Positions 18,857 to 27,807 of a stretch of 64,000 nucleotides of DNA are shown one piece after another. Position numbers and translations under genes: made by a program. Source of the stretch: Pseudomonadota bacterium (GTDB lineage: Bacteria; Myxococcota; JACRCW01; JAFGSX01); assembly GCA_043821645.1 (NCBI GenBank), contig JBDRCO010000053.1, forward strand, positions 1 through 64,000, read 5' to 3'. Numbering within the stretch: the first letter of the stretch is position 1; each line of letters starts with the position of its first letter. The notes beneath the pieces are model-generated. The model was given only the letters and a program-made list of their open reading frames with translations. It had not been told where the DNA came from and did no database searches.

Positions 18857-20281
18857 ATGCCACTCGACTACGCAGCCCTGTTCGAGCAGATGCCCTGTTA
18901 CCTCACTGTTCAGGACAAGTCGCACGCCCTGCTCGCGGCCAACACGCGCTTCGTGCAGGATTTCGGCTCCATCGAGGGACGCACCTGCTACCAGGTGTAC
19001 AAGCAGCGCTCGGAGCCCTGCGAGCAGTGTCCGGTGCAGCGCAGCTTCGACGACGGGCGCCCGCATCGCTCGGAGCAGCAGGTCATCGCCCTCGACGGCC
19101 AGCCCCGGACCATGATCGTGTTCACCCAGCCCATCCGCAACGGCACTCCGGAGGTCGCGCAGGTGCTGGAGCTGAGTGCCGATATCACCGAGATCAAGGC
19201 CCTGGAATTACAGCTGCGCGACAGCAAGCAGCGCCTGCGCGCCCTGTTTGACGAGGTGCCCTGCTACGTGTCGATCCAGGATCCCGAGCTGAACGTGGTC
19301 GAGGCCAACCAGCGCTTCAAGACCGCCTTCGGATCCTGCCTCGGGCTCAAGTGCTTCGAGGTCTACAAACACCGCGACGAGGAATGCATGAGCTGCCCGG
19401 TGCAGCAGACCTTTGTCGACGGCCGGTTGCACCACAGCGAGGAGGTGGTGACCTCGCAGCAGGGCGAGCAGATCCACACCCTGGTCACCACGGCCCCTCT
19501 TCTCGACGAGGCCGGCCACATCGTGCAGGTGATGGAGATGAGTGCCGACATCACGCCCATCCGCCGCCTGCAGTCGCAGCTCGAGTCCATCGGTCTGCTC
19601 ATCAGCAGCATCTCCCACGGCATCAAGGGCTTGCTCACCGGCCTCGACGGCGGCATCTACATGGTCAACAGCGCCCTCAACAACAACAAGCCCGAGCGCA
19701 TGCAGCAGGGCTGGCAGATGGTGCTGCGCAACGTCGACCGTATCCGCAGCATGGTGCTCAACATCCTGTACTACGCTCGGGAACGTGAGCCGCAGTACGA
19801 GGCGGTGGATCTGAAGGGGCTGCTCGACGAGGTGGCCGAGGTCATGCATCCCAAGGCATGCGAGCACAACACAACATTCCAGATCGAGGTGGCGTCGTCG
19901 TCGGGAGCGCTGCTGGCTGACCCGCGCGCGTTGCGGGCGCTGATCGTGAACCTCGCCGAGAACTCCGTGGATGCCTGCCGCGTGGACAGCAAAAAGGACA
20001 GCCACGTGGTGCAAGTACGCGCCCAGGGCACCTCGTCCGAAGTGCAGATCGTCGTCGAAGACAACGGCATAGGTATGGATCGCGAGACGCGCGAGAAGGC
20101 CTTCAGCCTGTTCTTCTCGTCCAAGGGTCACGAGGGTACGGGGCTGGGCCTGTTCATCAGCAACACCATCGCTCGAGCCCACGGAGGCCGCATCGAGGTC
20201 GATTCCGAACCGGAACGTGGCACCTGCTTCCGGGTGCTCCTGCCCCGCGCGCATGCGGCCGTTGCAAAGGGGGGAGCATGA
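18857..20281 (+). CDS. Cytoplasmic sensor histidine kinase with two Cys-containing PAS domains
   Basis: Two PCY..C-x10-C-x2-CP PAS units; H-box SHGIKG; NSVDA, DNGIGM, GTGLGL. Confidence 0.9.
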   Translation: MPLDYAALFEQMPCYLTVQDKSHALLAANTRFVQDFGSIEGRTCYQVYKQRSEPCEQCPVQRSFDDGRPHRSEQQVIALDGQPRTMIVFTQPIRNGTPEVAQVLELSADITEIKALELQLRDSKQRLRALFDEVPCYVSIQDPELNVVEANQRFKTAFGSCLGLKCFEVYKHRDEECMSCPVQQTFVDGRLHHSEEVVTSQQGEQIHTLVTTAPLLDEAGHIVQVMEMSADITPIRRLQSQLESIGLLISSISHGIKGLLTGLDGGIYMVNSALNNNKPERMQQGWQMVLRNVDRIRSMVLNILYYAREREPQYEAVDLKGLLDEVAEVMHPKACEHNTTFQIEVASSSGALLADPRALRALIVNLAENSVDACRVDSKKDSHVVQVRAQGTSSEVQIVVEDNGIGMDRETREKAFSLFFSSKGHEGTGLGLFISNTIARAHGGRIEVDSEPERGTCFRVLLPRAHAAVAKGGA

Positions 20282-20655
20282 GCCTCACCATCCTGGTCGT
20301 TGACGACGAACCCGATATTCGGGCCTTCCTGAGCATGCTGTTCGAGGACCACGGCTACACCGTGCACAGCGTCGAGAATGGCAAGCTGGCGTGGCAGCAC
20401 GTACAGCGGCAGCGACCTGACCTCATCACCCTCGACGTGGCCATGCCCGAGCAGAGCGGCGTGCGCTTCTTCCGGGACATGAAAGAGAGCGAGAGCTTTC
20501 GCGACATCCCCATCATCCTGGTGACGGGTGTCGACGACAAGTTCGAGAGCTTCATCTCCAGCCGGCGCCAGGTTCCTCCTCCCGAGGGCTACCACCGCAA
20601 GCCCATCGTGCGCGAGCACCTGCTCGAACAGGTGCGCCAGCTCCTCGGTGCTTGA
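20278..20655 (+). CDS. Single-domain response regulator
   Basis: ILVVDDE, PDLITLDVAMP, RKP; ATGA overlap with the kinase. Confidence 0.9.
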   Translation: MSLTILVVDDEPDIRAFLSMLFEDHGYTVHSVENGKLAWQHVQRQRPDLITLDVAMPEQSGVRFFRDMKESESFRDIPIILVTGVDDKFESFISSRRQVPPPEGYHRKPIVREHLLEQVRQLLGA

Positions 20656-20777
20656 CCGCGCCACGGCCCTGACCTGCTAGGCGCCTCCCCCGGGCGCATC
20701 CTCCACTTTTCCTCGTGCGCCGACCTTTGCTGCGGCATCCTGCACGCTGGGTGACCATCACGCCGTCGAGGTGAACC

Positions 20778-23540
20778 ATGCCAGAAACCAGCGCGCTGCC
20801 AGACTGGGTGTCCTGGCTCGTCGTGCTTGTGGCCATCGTGCTCGGCCTGTGGCTGCTGCGGCTGGTGCTGGTGTTGCTGAACCTGCTGCGTCACCTGCTG
20901 CAGCGGCCCGCCTACCGGAAGGTCCACGAGGGGAGCTGTCCGCCCTGGGTGCTCGAGGGCCTGCAGCCTGTGATCGCGGAACTGCAGGAGCGGGGCTTCG
21001 AGCTGCAAGGCTGGCTGGGGGTGCGCCGCCTGTTCGCGGTGGCGCGCGACGAGGTGGTGCGGGCGCTGCTGCGCGCCCCCGATGGTGTCACCTGGTGCAC
21101 CGTGGGCTTTGCGGACCTGCCCGACCCCCTGCACCTGTTCCACGTGGTGTTCACCAGCTTTCTCGACGACGGAACGGCCCTGTTCACGGTCAACGGCACG
21201 CGCCACACCGTGGTGGGCGAGATCCCCGACGTGCGGCTCGAGGACCCCATGGCCCTGGATGCCACGGCGCAGTGGCAACATCACGCACGCACCCTGGCTG
21301 CGATGCCGGAGCGTCGGGCACAGCGCGCGGATAGCGTCGACGCTCTGCTGGGGGCCTTGCTGCGCGCCGAGAACCGCTACCTCGACGAGATGCTCAAGCG
21401 GGGCTGGCTGGTGCCCGCAACGCAGCCCGATCGCTTTCGCTTCAGCCTGGTGGCGGCGAGTGCCGGTGCCTGGCGCATCCTGCGCGGGCAGGGTGCGCTG
21501 ACCAAACTGCGGCAGCAGCGGGCCGCGGCGCTGCGCGCGCGCACGCAGGCTCCGCTCCGGGTCCCGGTTGAAGAAGAGGCCGGCGCCTTCGCCGACATCG
21601 AAGTCATCCGGCACACGCCCTCGCCCCGCAGCTTCTGGCTGGCGCTGTTCGGCTCCAGCCTGATCCTGTTCATGCTCGCGGCCACGCGCTGGCTTGATCC
21701 GAACCTGGTGTGGATGGTGGCGGCTGCAGTGCTGCTGCACGAGCTGGGGCACTACTCGGCCATGCGCGCGTTTGACTACAACAACACCGCCATCTTCTTC
21801 GTGCCCTTCTTTGGCGCCGCAACCTCGGGCAGCAAGCGCGACGCTCCTCTGTGGCAGGAGCTGCTGGTGCTGCTGGCGGGGCCGGTGCCGGGCCTGGTCC
21901 TGGCTGCGGCCGTCCTCGGATTGCACAGGCCCGAGGCGGGAAGCAGCCTGCACGAGCTGCTGTCCATTCTCATCGTGCTCAACCTGTTCAACCTGCTCCC
22001 CATCTTCCCCCTCGACGGGGGACGGGTGGTGCACCGCTTGCTGTTTGCCCACAACCGGGTGCTCGACGCCGGGTTCAAGTTGCTGGCCGCGGGGGCTTTT
22101 CTGGGGCTGGGGCTGGCGAGCAACGACGGTCTGATGATCGCGCTGGGCGTGTTCGTGGTGATCGGAATCCCGACCAGCCTGCGCCTGGCGGGTCTGCAGA
22201 GGCGTCTGGGGCGGCGACGCCAGGACGATGGTGAGGCTTCGCTGACGCCACGCCTGGTGTTCGAGGTGATGCAGGAGGCCGGGCAGGGCAGCATGCCCTT
22301 CGCCGTCCGGGTCCAGCAGGCGCGCGCTTTGCTGGAGCAGGGGGGCGGGCGCGAGCGGCCCGGTTGCCTGCCGGCCCTGGGCTGGCTGCTGGTGTACGGG
22401 CTGAGCGTGCTTGGAGCGGGGGCGCTGCTGCTGTGGCTGTTCCTCGGCAGTGGCGCAGGCAGCTCCACGCCGTCGTCGAGCATCCCGGCGCTGGACACAC
22501 CACCCGTCGCCATCGCCTGTCCGGCGGACGCCGAGGTGGCCTGGGGCTTCTGGCGTCACCGCCCCGTCGAGGAGGCCGTCTCCCGGAGCACTGTCCACCT
22601 GTGGATGATCGCAGGCTTCGACAGCGCCGCAGTGGCCGAGGCAGGCGGGCGCGCGATGACCGCGGAAGCCCCCCCGCGAGGTCTGCTGCGTTTCGAGAAC
22701 CTCTTGCTGTGGCAAAGGAACGAGGCCCCCGGCCCCACCGACCTGCCGCTCGGCCTGCTGGAGCCCGGGCTCGAGTCTCTGGGCGCGCGAGTGATGACGC
22801 AGAGCGTCTCCGACGACGAGGGGAGCCTGGTCGAGCTGCGATGCACGCCGCGTTCCGCCGCGCAGCGGGAACAGCTTGTGCGCGAGCTGCAGGATCACTT
22901 CGCGGGCCCCCCGGGCGGCTTCCTGCGCCCGCCCTGGTGGCCCCGCGAGGGCCAGGAGACATTGCCCCGGGCGCAGCAGGATGCGCGTCGCGCCTATCGC
23001 GAGCTGAACGAGGCCACCACCGCGGCCCTGATGGAGTCCACCACAGGCCTCACCTCCTGGCGCGGGACCGTGTCGCTGTGCCTGGCGAGCGACGACGCCG
23101 CGCGCCAGGAACAGATGCTGCAGTGGATGGAGGAGCACAGGCAGCGCAGGCTTCGCGCGGCAGAGCAGTACCTTCAGGCGCACCAGGACGAACCAGGTTT
23201 CGACGCTGGCACCGTGGAAATCTACATGCGCGCGCTGCGCGTCCCGCCGGGTGACGTCGGGGCCCAGCAACAGCTCCAGCGCGAGCTCGCCGAGCGCATG
23301 GGCGCCCTCGCGCTGGTGACCACGGGCGAGGGGCCGCCACAACCCGCGGCCGAAGCCATGGCGCGGTTGATCTGGGCCATGCCCGTCGACACCGAGGGAG
23401 GGACCCTGCGCCTGACGGCGCTGAGCATGGCCAATCCGCAGGCTGCCTTGCCCTCCCTGCTGTCCTACCTGTGCGCCCGTGGTTGCCACGATCTCGAGCT
23501 CCGCCACAGCGGGGACGCGCTGCAGGGGGAGGATCCCTGA
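20778..23540 (+). CDS. Site-2 protease (M50) family protein with N- and C-terminal extensions
   Basis: HELGH zinc motif, LAGP, NLFNLLPIFPLDGG. Confidence 0.8.
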   Translation: MPETSALPDWVSWLVVLVAIVLGLWLLRLVLVLLNLLRHLLQRPAYRKVHEGSCPPWVLEGLQPVIAELQERGFELQGWLGVRRLFAVARDEVVRALLRAPDGVTWCTVGFADLPDPLHLFHVVFTSFLDDGTALFTVNGTRHTVVGEIPDVRLEDPMALDATAQWQHHARTLAAMPERRAQRADSVDALLGALLRAENRYLDEMLKRGWLVPATQPDRFRFSLVAASAGAWRILRGQGALTKLRQQRAAALRARTQAPLRVPVEEEAGAFADIEVIRHTPSPRSFWLALFGSSLILFMLAATRWLDPNLVWMVAAAVLLHELGHYSAMRAFDYNNTAIFFVPFFGAATSGSKRDAPLWQELLVLLAGPVPGLVLAAAVLGLHRPEAGSSLHELLSILIVLNLFNLLPIFPLDGGRVVHRLLFAHNRVLDAGFKLLAAGAFLGLGLASNDGLMIALGVFVVIGIPTSLRLAGLQRRLGRRRQDDGEASLTPRLVFEVMQEAGQGSMPFAVRVQQARALLEQGGGRERPGCLPALGWLLVYGLSVLGAGALLLWLFLGSGAGSSTPSSSIPALDTPPVAIACPADAEVAWGFWRHRPVEEAVSRSTVHLWMIAGFDSAAVAEAGGRAMTAEAPPRGLLRFENLLLWQRNEAPGPTDLPLGLLEPGLESLGARVMTQSVSDDEGSLVELRCTPRSAAQREQLVRELQDHFAGPPGGFLRPPWWPREGQETLPRAQQDARRAYRELNEATTAALMESTTGLTSWRGTVSLCLASDDAARQEQMLQWMEEHRQRRLRAAEQYLQAHQDEPGFDAGTVEIYMRALRVPPGDVGAQQQLQRELAERMGALALVTTGEGPPQPAAEAMARLIWAMPVDTEGGTLRLTALSMANPQAALPSLLSYLCARGCHDLELRHSGDALQGEDP

Positions 23541-23576
23541 ACTGGGCTGGCACTGGACTCTGAACCCCTGTGCGGT

Positions 23577-25640
23577 ATGGATCCCGTCGTGGCACCGCTG
23601 ATTCCTGTTCGCCTTCGCGACAGCCTCTTCGTCGCGGCCAGTGCATTTCTGGCCCTGGTCCTGGCTCTGCGCCTGCACGGCCTCACCACGGCGCTGCCTT
23701 ACTACTTCGCCTACGACATGGACTTCGTGACCTCGCTGGACGCGTTGTTCCTGCACTCGCAGCTGCTGCCCGACCACCTGTGCCACCCTGGCTTCGGCAT
23801 GAATCTCATTCTGTGGCAGGGCACGCGCTGGCTGCACGCGCTCGGCCAGCTCAGCGCCCTGTCCCTCAGCGACGTCGAGCAAAGCCTGAATCCGCTGGCG
23901 CTGATGGCCGAGCACGCCGAGGCGGTGCGGCTGTTCGGGCCGGCAGCGGTGTTTGCGACGGCGGTGTTGCTCAGCCTGGCGCTGTGGCGCCTGCTCGACC
24001 TCGAGCGCTGGTGGGTGCTGGCGATCTTCGTCCTGGTGGGCTGGCAGGCCTCGTCGTCCTTCCACGCAGCCATGCTGCGCACCGAGTGCTTCGCAGTGCT
24101 GTGGTGGAGCGCGGCGCTGTGGGTCGCGGTGGAGGCGGGGCGCGCCCGTCGACGCGGGTGGGCGGTGGGCGGGTTGCTGCTGACGGGGCTGCTGCTCGGG
24201 GTCAGCTTCTTGACCAAGGTGCAGGGCGTGTTCTTTCTGGCCGCGGTGCCTGCCTGGCTGGCCCTGGCCACGCTTCGGCACCAGCGCTGGGATGCGGCCT
24301 GGTTCGAGCTTCTACGTCGTCGCAGCGCGCTCGTGGCGACGGGGGTCACCGCGCTGCTGTCCATCGGCTTCGTGGGTTTGACCCATGCGGCCCAGCGCGC
24401 TGAGGTGCCGAAGGGCATCCTGACCTGGGCCACGAGCTGGGGGCGCACACCGCTGTGGTGGGCGTGCGCCGCTGTGTGTGGTGCGCTGGTGCTCGCCGGG
24501 GCCGTGGCCGCGGTTTGGCCGCGCGCTCGTCGCACGCTGCTGCCTGTGCAGGTGGTCGGCGCCCTGCTGGCGTCGGGCGTGTGCCTGAGCCTGCTGCTGC
24601 ACCTGGTGATCTACGACGAGCTGGCCCTGGGCTGGCGCTACCTGCTGCTCGACTTCAAGTTTGCACTGCTGCGCCACAGCGATCTGGTGCGGGTTCCGAC
24701 GTGGACCGGGGCCTGGGCCACCCTGTCCTCGGTGGTGAAGGCCAGTCCTGGCCCCTTCGTGCTGCATGCCGTCGCCCTGCTGGTGCTGATCGCAACGCGC
24801 TGGCGGCGCTGGTCCACGACAGCCTGGGCGGCGCTGGGGATCGTGATCGCACTGATCGCACTGGCCCTGCTGCAGATCGCCATCGCCACCAGGGTGTCGA
24901 GCAAGGACCTGGTGTGGCAAGAGACACTGCTCAACCTGGGCACGCTGCTCGCGCTGGGAATGCTGTGGAGCGATCTCGTGGTTGCGTCCCGACGACCGCG
25001 GCTGGTCGTGGCCTGCACCCTGGGTCTGCTGGTGCTCCTCAACGTCCGCGCCGGGCAGGCGAGTGCCGCCAGCGTGCAGCGAGCCGGGCCCTACTACTGG
25101 CAGGAGTGGGTGTGGCTCCGCGGGATAGGAAAGTACGAGGGCAATCAGCGCAGGTACAAGAAGCTGATGGGTCGTCGCTACCCCGATGCTGCGGACCGCG
25201 TGCTTAAGGATACGGCTCGCGAGCACGCCTTTCGCTTGCAGCTGGCGCGCGCCACACTGCCAGACCTGGCGCTGGACCAGCGCTCGCTCGGCGTCCTGGC
25301 CACCTCGCAGCCAGCCCTGCGCAGCGATCTGGCGCTGCAGCAGATCGAGGGCCCGCGTGGCTGGCGTGGCAGCGTGCTCATCGACGTGTCGGACCTGCTG
25401 GACACCCGCGGCGCACGACGGCTGCGCGTGACGGCGCGGGCGGACGCTGACGTGATGCTGCTCGTCGACGACACAGCCTGGTCTGCCGCGACTTCGCGGG
25501 ACGTGGAGCCCAGCCCGGAGCGGCTCGTCCTCGGGGACGGGCCCCGAGGTCACGAGCTGAAGGGACTGTGGGTCACAAAATCCTGCACGGTCCAGCTGGC
25601 AGGCAGTGGACCCGTGCTGGTCGCGGTGCGGAGACGCTGA
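23577..25640 (+). CDS. Polytopic membrane protein (possibly GT-C glycosyltransferase-like)
   Basis: Many TM helices; YDMD..HPG loop, LRTE and LTK motifs typical of GT-C folds. Confidence 0.55.
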   Translation: MDPVVAPLIPVRLRDSLFVAASAFLALVLALRLHGLTTALPYYFAYDMDFVTSLDALFLHSQLLPDHLCHPGFGMNLILWQGTRWLHALGQLSALSLSDVEQSLNPLALMAEHAEAVRLFGPAAVFATAVLLSLALWRLLDLERWWVLAIFVLVGWQASSSFHAAMLRTECFAVLWWSAALWVAVEAGRARRRGWAVGGLLLTGLLLGVSFLTKVQGVFFLAAVPAWLALATLRHQRWDAAWFELLRRRSALVATGVTALLSIGFVGLTHAAQRAEVPKGILTWATSWGRTPLWWACAAVCGALVLAGAVAAVWPRARRTLLPVQVVGALLASGVCLSLLLHLVIYDELALGWRYLLLDFKFALLRHSDLVRVPTWTGAWATLSSVVKASPGPFVLHAVALLVLIATRWRRWSTTAWAALGIVIALIALALLQIAIATRVSSKDLVWQETLLNLGTLLALGMLWSDLVVASRRPRLVVACTLGLLVLLNVRAGQASAASVQRAGPYYWQEWVWLRGIGKYEGNQRRYKKLMGRRYPDAADRVLKDTAREHAFRLQLARATLPDLALDQRSLGVLATSQPALRSDLALQQIEGPRGWRGSVLIDVSDLLDTRGARRLRVTARADADVMLLVDDTAWSAATSRDVEPSPERLVLGDGPRGHELKGLWVTKSCTVQLAGSGPVLVAVRRR

Positions 25641-25655
25641 GCCGGGCGCGCAGCC

Positions 25656-26033
25656 TCAGTCCTTGAGCAGCGCCTCGAGCTTCTTGAGGAGCTCGTTCTT
25701 GTCGACGGGCTTGGAGAAATAAGCATCGGGAGGCGGCACCTGGCGGCGGCTGGAGATGAACTGCTGGAACTCCTCCATCACGCCGGTGACCATGACCACG
25801 GGGATGTCCTTGGTCTGGGCGTTCTCGCGCACGTCGCGGTAGAAGCGCACGCCGGACTTCTCGGGCATGGTGATGTCCAGCATGATGAGGTCAGGCTTCT
25901 CGCTGAGGACCTTGTGCAGACCCTCGACGCCATCATGGGCTGACGCGGTGGAGTAGCCATTGTCCTCGAGCAGGGACACGAAGTAGGTCACCAGGTCCTT
26001 GTCGTCGTCAATGACGAGAATCTTCTTTGCCAT
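25656..26033 (-). CDS. Single-domain response regulator
   Basis: AGGAG RBS; KKILVIDDD, PDLIMLDITMP, FSKP. Confidence 0.9.
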   Translation of the reverse strand: MAKKILVIDDDKDLVTYFVSLLEDNGYSTASAHDGVEGLHKVLSEKPDLIMLDITMPEKSGVRFYRDVRENAQTKDIPVVMVTGVMEEFQQFISSRRQVPPPDAYFSKPVDKNELLKKLEALLKD

Positions 26034-26069
26034 GGCCGCTCTCCTTTCAGGGGGCGTTGGGGGCCCCGC

Positions 26070-26153
26070 GTCGCCGGGAGTGCATCCCGTCGACATCACC
26101 CCGCCAGCACCTGTCGCCGGGAGTGCATCCTTTCGAGGTCACCCCGCCAACAC
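26070..26153. repeat. Intergenic tandem duplication (2 x ~41 bp, period 43)
   Basis: gtcgccgggagtgcatcc-N-tcaccccgcca(g/a)cac at 26070-26110 and 26113-26153. Confidence 0.85.
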
Positions 26154-26170
26154 AGGTTCGAAAACCGAAC

Positions 26171-27772
26171 TCAGTGCCACTCCCAGTCGACGTAGTTCGG
26201 CTTGGCGTCGACCATGGCGTTGACCATGAGCTCGACCAGGCCGCCGTACAGGATGCCCGCGGTCTCCCAGGCGTTGTAGTAGGACAGGATGTCGCGGATC
26301 TGGCCCTTGCAGTTGGAGCAGGGTGCACACACGTACTTCGGATGCTCCTTGTCCATGGGCTCGTTGCCGAAGGCGTCGAGGATCTGGCGGAACTTGCGGC
26401 GCCCGGTCAGGTGGTGGCGCCAGTCCTTGAAGTTGTGGCCGCTCATGATGGCAAAGCCCGAGCCGCCGCCGCAGCAGTAGTTGTGCACGCCGTGGGGCGT
26501 CATCTCGCGGAAGCGATGCTCGGGTACAATGGCGCGCAGGATCTCGCGCTGCGGCTCAACGATGCCCATGAGCCGCACCATGTTGCAGGGATCGTGCAGG
26601 GTCACCGGGAAGTCGTTGCGGCTCTTGTCGAACTTGATCTTGCCCGAGCGCACGATCTCGAGCAGCACGGTCAGGGCGCTCTCGCGGGGGATGTTGAGGT
26701 CGCCGGTGATCACCTTGTCGGCGATGACCGTGAGCGCCTTGTGGGCATGGCCGCATTCGCCGATGACCACGCGCTTGACGCCCAGCTTCTTGGCCGCCTG
26801 CATGTGCTTGAGCGCCACGCGCGCGAACTGCACGTCGTCGTACCACACGCCGTAGTTGATGCCGTCGTAGGCCGCGAGCTCGCTCGACAGGGTCCACGAC
26901 AGGCCGGCCTTCTCGAACAGCAGCGCGAAGGCGCCGGGGTTCTCGGGCCAGGCCATGATCTCGCCGGCGTTGTGGATGAGCAGGATGTCCGCGCCCTCGA
27001 CGTCCCAGGGGGTATGGATCTCGATGCCGGTCTTGTCTGTGGTGTCCTCGTCGATGAAGTCCATGTTGTCCTTGACGACGAGGGAATTCATACCGGTCGA
27101 GGACCCGACCTTGATCTGCAGCACCGAGCCGTTGTCGTGGCACTCGCGCGACGAGATGCCCAGGTTCATGCTGGCGATCTTGCGGATCTCCCGCGCCAGC
27201 AGCGCGTTGTCGACGCCGATGGGGCAGGTCTGGGCGCAGCGCCGGCACACGTTGCAGCGGTACGCCAGCTCGATGAGCCGGGCCACGGTCTTCCAGTTGA
27301 GGTCGATGTCGCCGTGCACCCAGGTCGAGGCACCCTTGACGTACTTCCAGTAGATGCGGCGAAAGATCTCGGAGCGGAAGGACGGCCGGTACAGCTCGTT
27401 GTGACCGCTCTCCTCGAAGATGGGGCAGGCCTCGGAGCAGGTCTGGCAGTGGGCGCAGTGCTCGGTGGACATCACCAGGGGCTGCAAGAAGGCCCAGTTG
27501 TCGTTCTCGGTGAAGCACTTGCGCATGCCATCGAGGAAGCCGTTGACCAGCCGCTCCTCGTCTTCTTTGGTCGCGGGCTTGGGCAGATTGAGCGCGATGG
27601 TGTCGTCGAGCACCACGTACTTGCTGGTGGCGGCCTCGCTCAGGGGCGGGACGGCCGGCTCCTCGTCGAGCTTGTCAAAGGGCGGTGGCAGCGGGATCTG
27701 GTCGCGGATCTCGACATGGGTCAGGGGGCCATCCTTGGCCGAGAAGTCCTTGAAGCTGACCTGCTTGCTCAT
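26171..27772 (-). CDS. dsrK: DsrK-like catalytic subunit (Firmicutes-type DsrK2); alternative start 27811
   Basis: CAHCQTCSEACP, ELAYRCNVCRRCAQTCP, HNAGE..WPENP, ECGHAHK, HDPCN, NYCCGGGSG, CAPCSNCKG; AGGAGA RBS. Confidence 0.85.
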   Translation of the reverse strand: MSKQVSFKDFSAKDGPLTHVEIRDQIPLPPPFDKLDEEPAVPPLSEAATSKYVVLDDTIALNLPKPATKEDEERLVNGFLDGMRKCFTENDNWAFLQPLVMSTEHCAHCQTCSEACPIFEESGHNELYRPSFRSEIFRRIYWKYVKGASTWVHGDIDLNWKTVARLIELAYRCNVCRRCAQTCPIGVDNALLAREIRKIASMNLGISSRECHDNGSVLQIKVGSSTGMNSLVVKDNMDFIDEDTTDKTGIEIHTPWDVEGADILLIHNAGEIMAWPENPGAFALLFEKAGLSWTLSSELAAYDGINYGVWYDDVQFARVALKHMQAAKKLGVKRVVIGECGHAHKALTVIADKVITGDLNIPRESALTVLLEIVRSGKIKFDKSRNDFPVTLHDPCNMVRLMGIVEPQREILRAIVPEHRFREMTPHGVHNYCCGGGSGFAIMSGHNFKDWRHHLTGRRKFRQILDAFGNEPMDKEHPKYVCAPCSNCKGQIRDILSYYNAWETAGILYGGLVELMVNAMVDAKPNYVDWEWH

Positions 27773-27807
27773 GGGCGTCTTCTCCTGCGGGTGTAGCGTC
27801 GACGTGC

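Noticed and set aside
20589-24281. 1230-aa minus-strand ORF and many other long antisense or alternate-frame ORFs (e.g. 16185-18863, 31338-33860, 37631-39862)
   Set aside because: Shadow ORFs of high-GC genes. They overlap motif-bearing genes and have no motifs of their own.
26070-26153. Possible mini CRISPR array
   Set aside because: Only two units, almost no spacer, and no cas genes.
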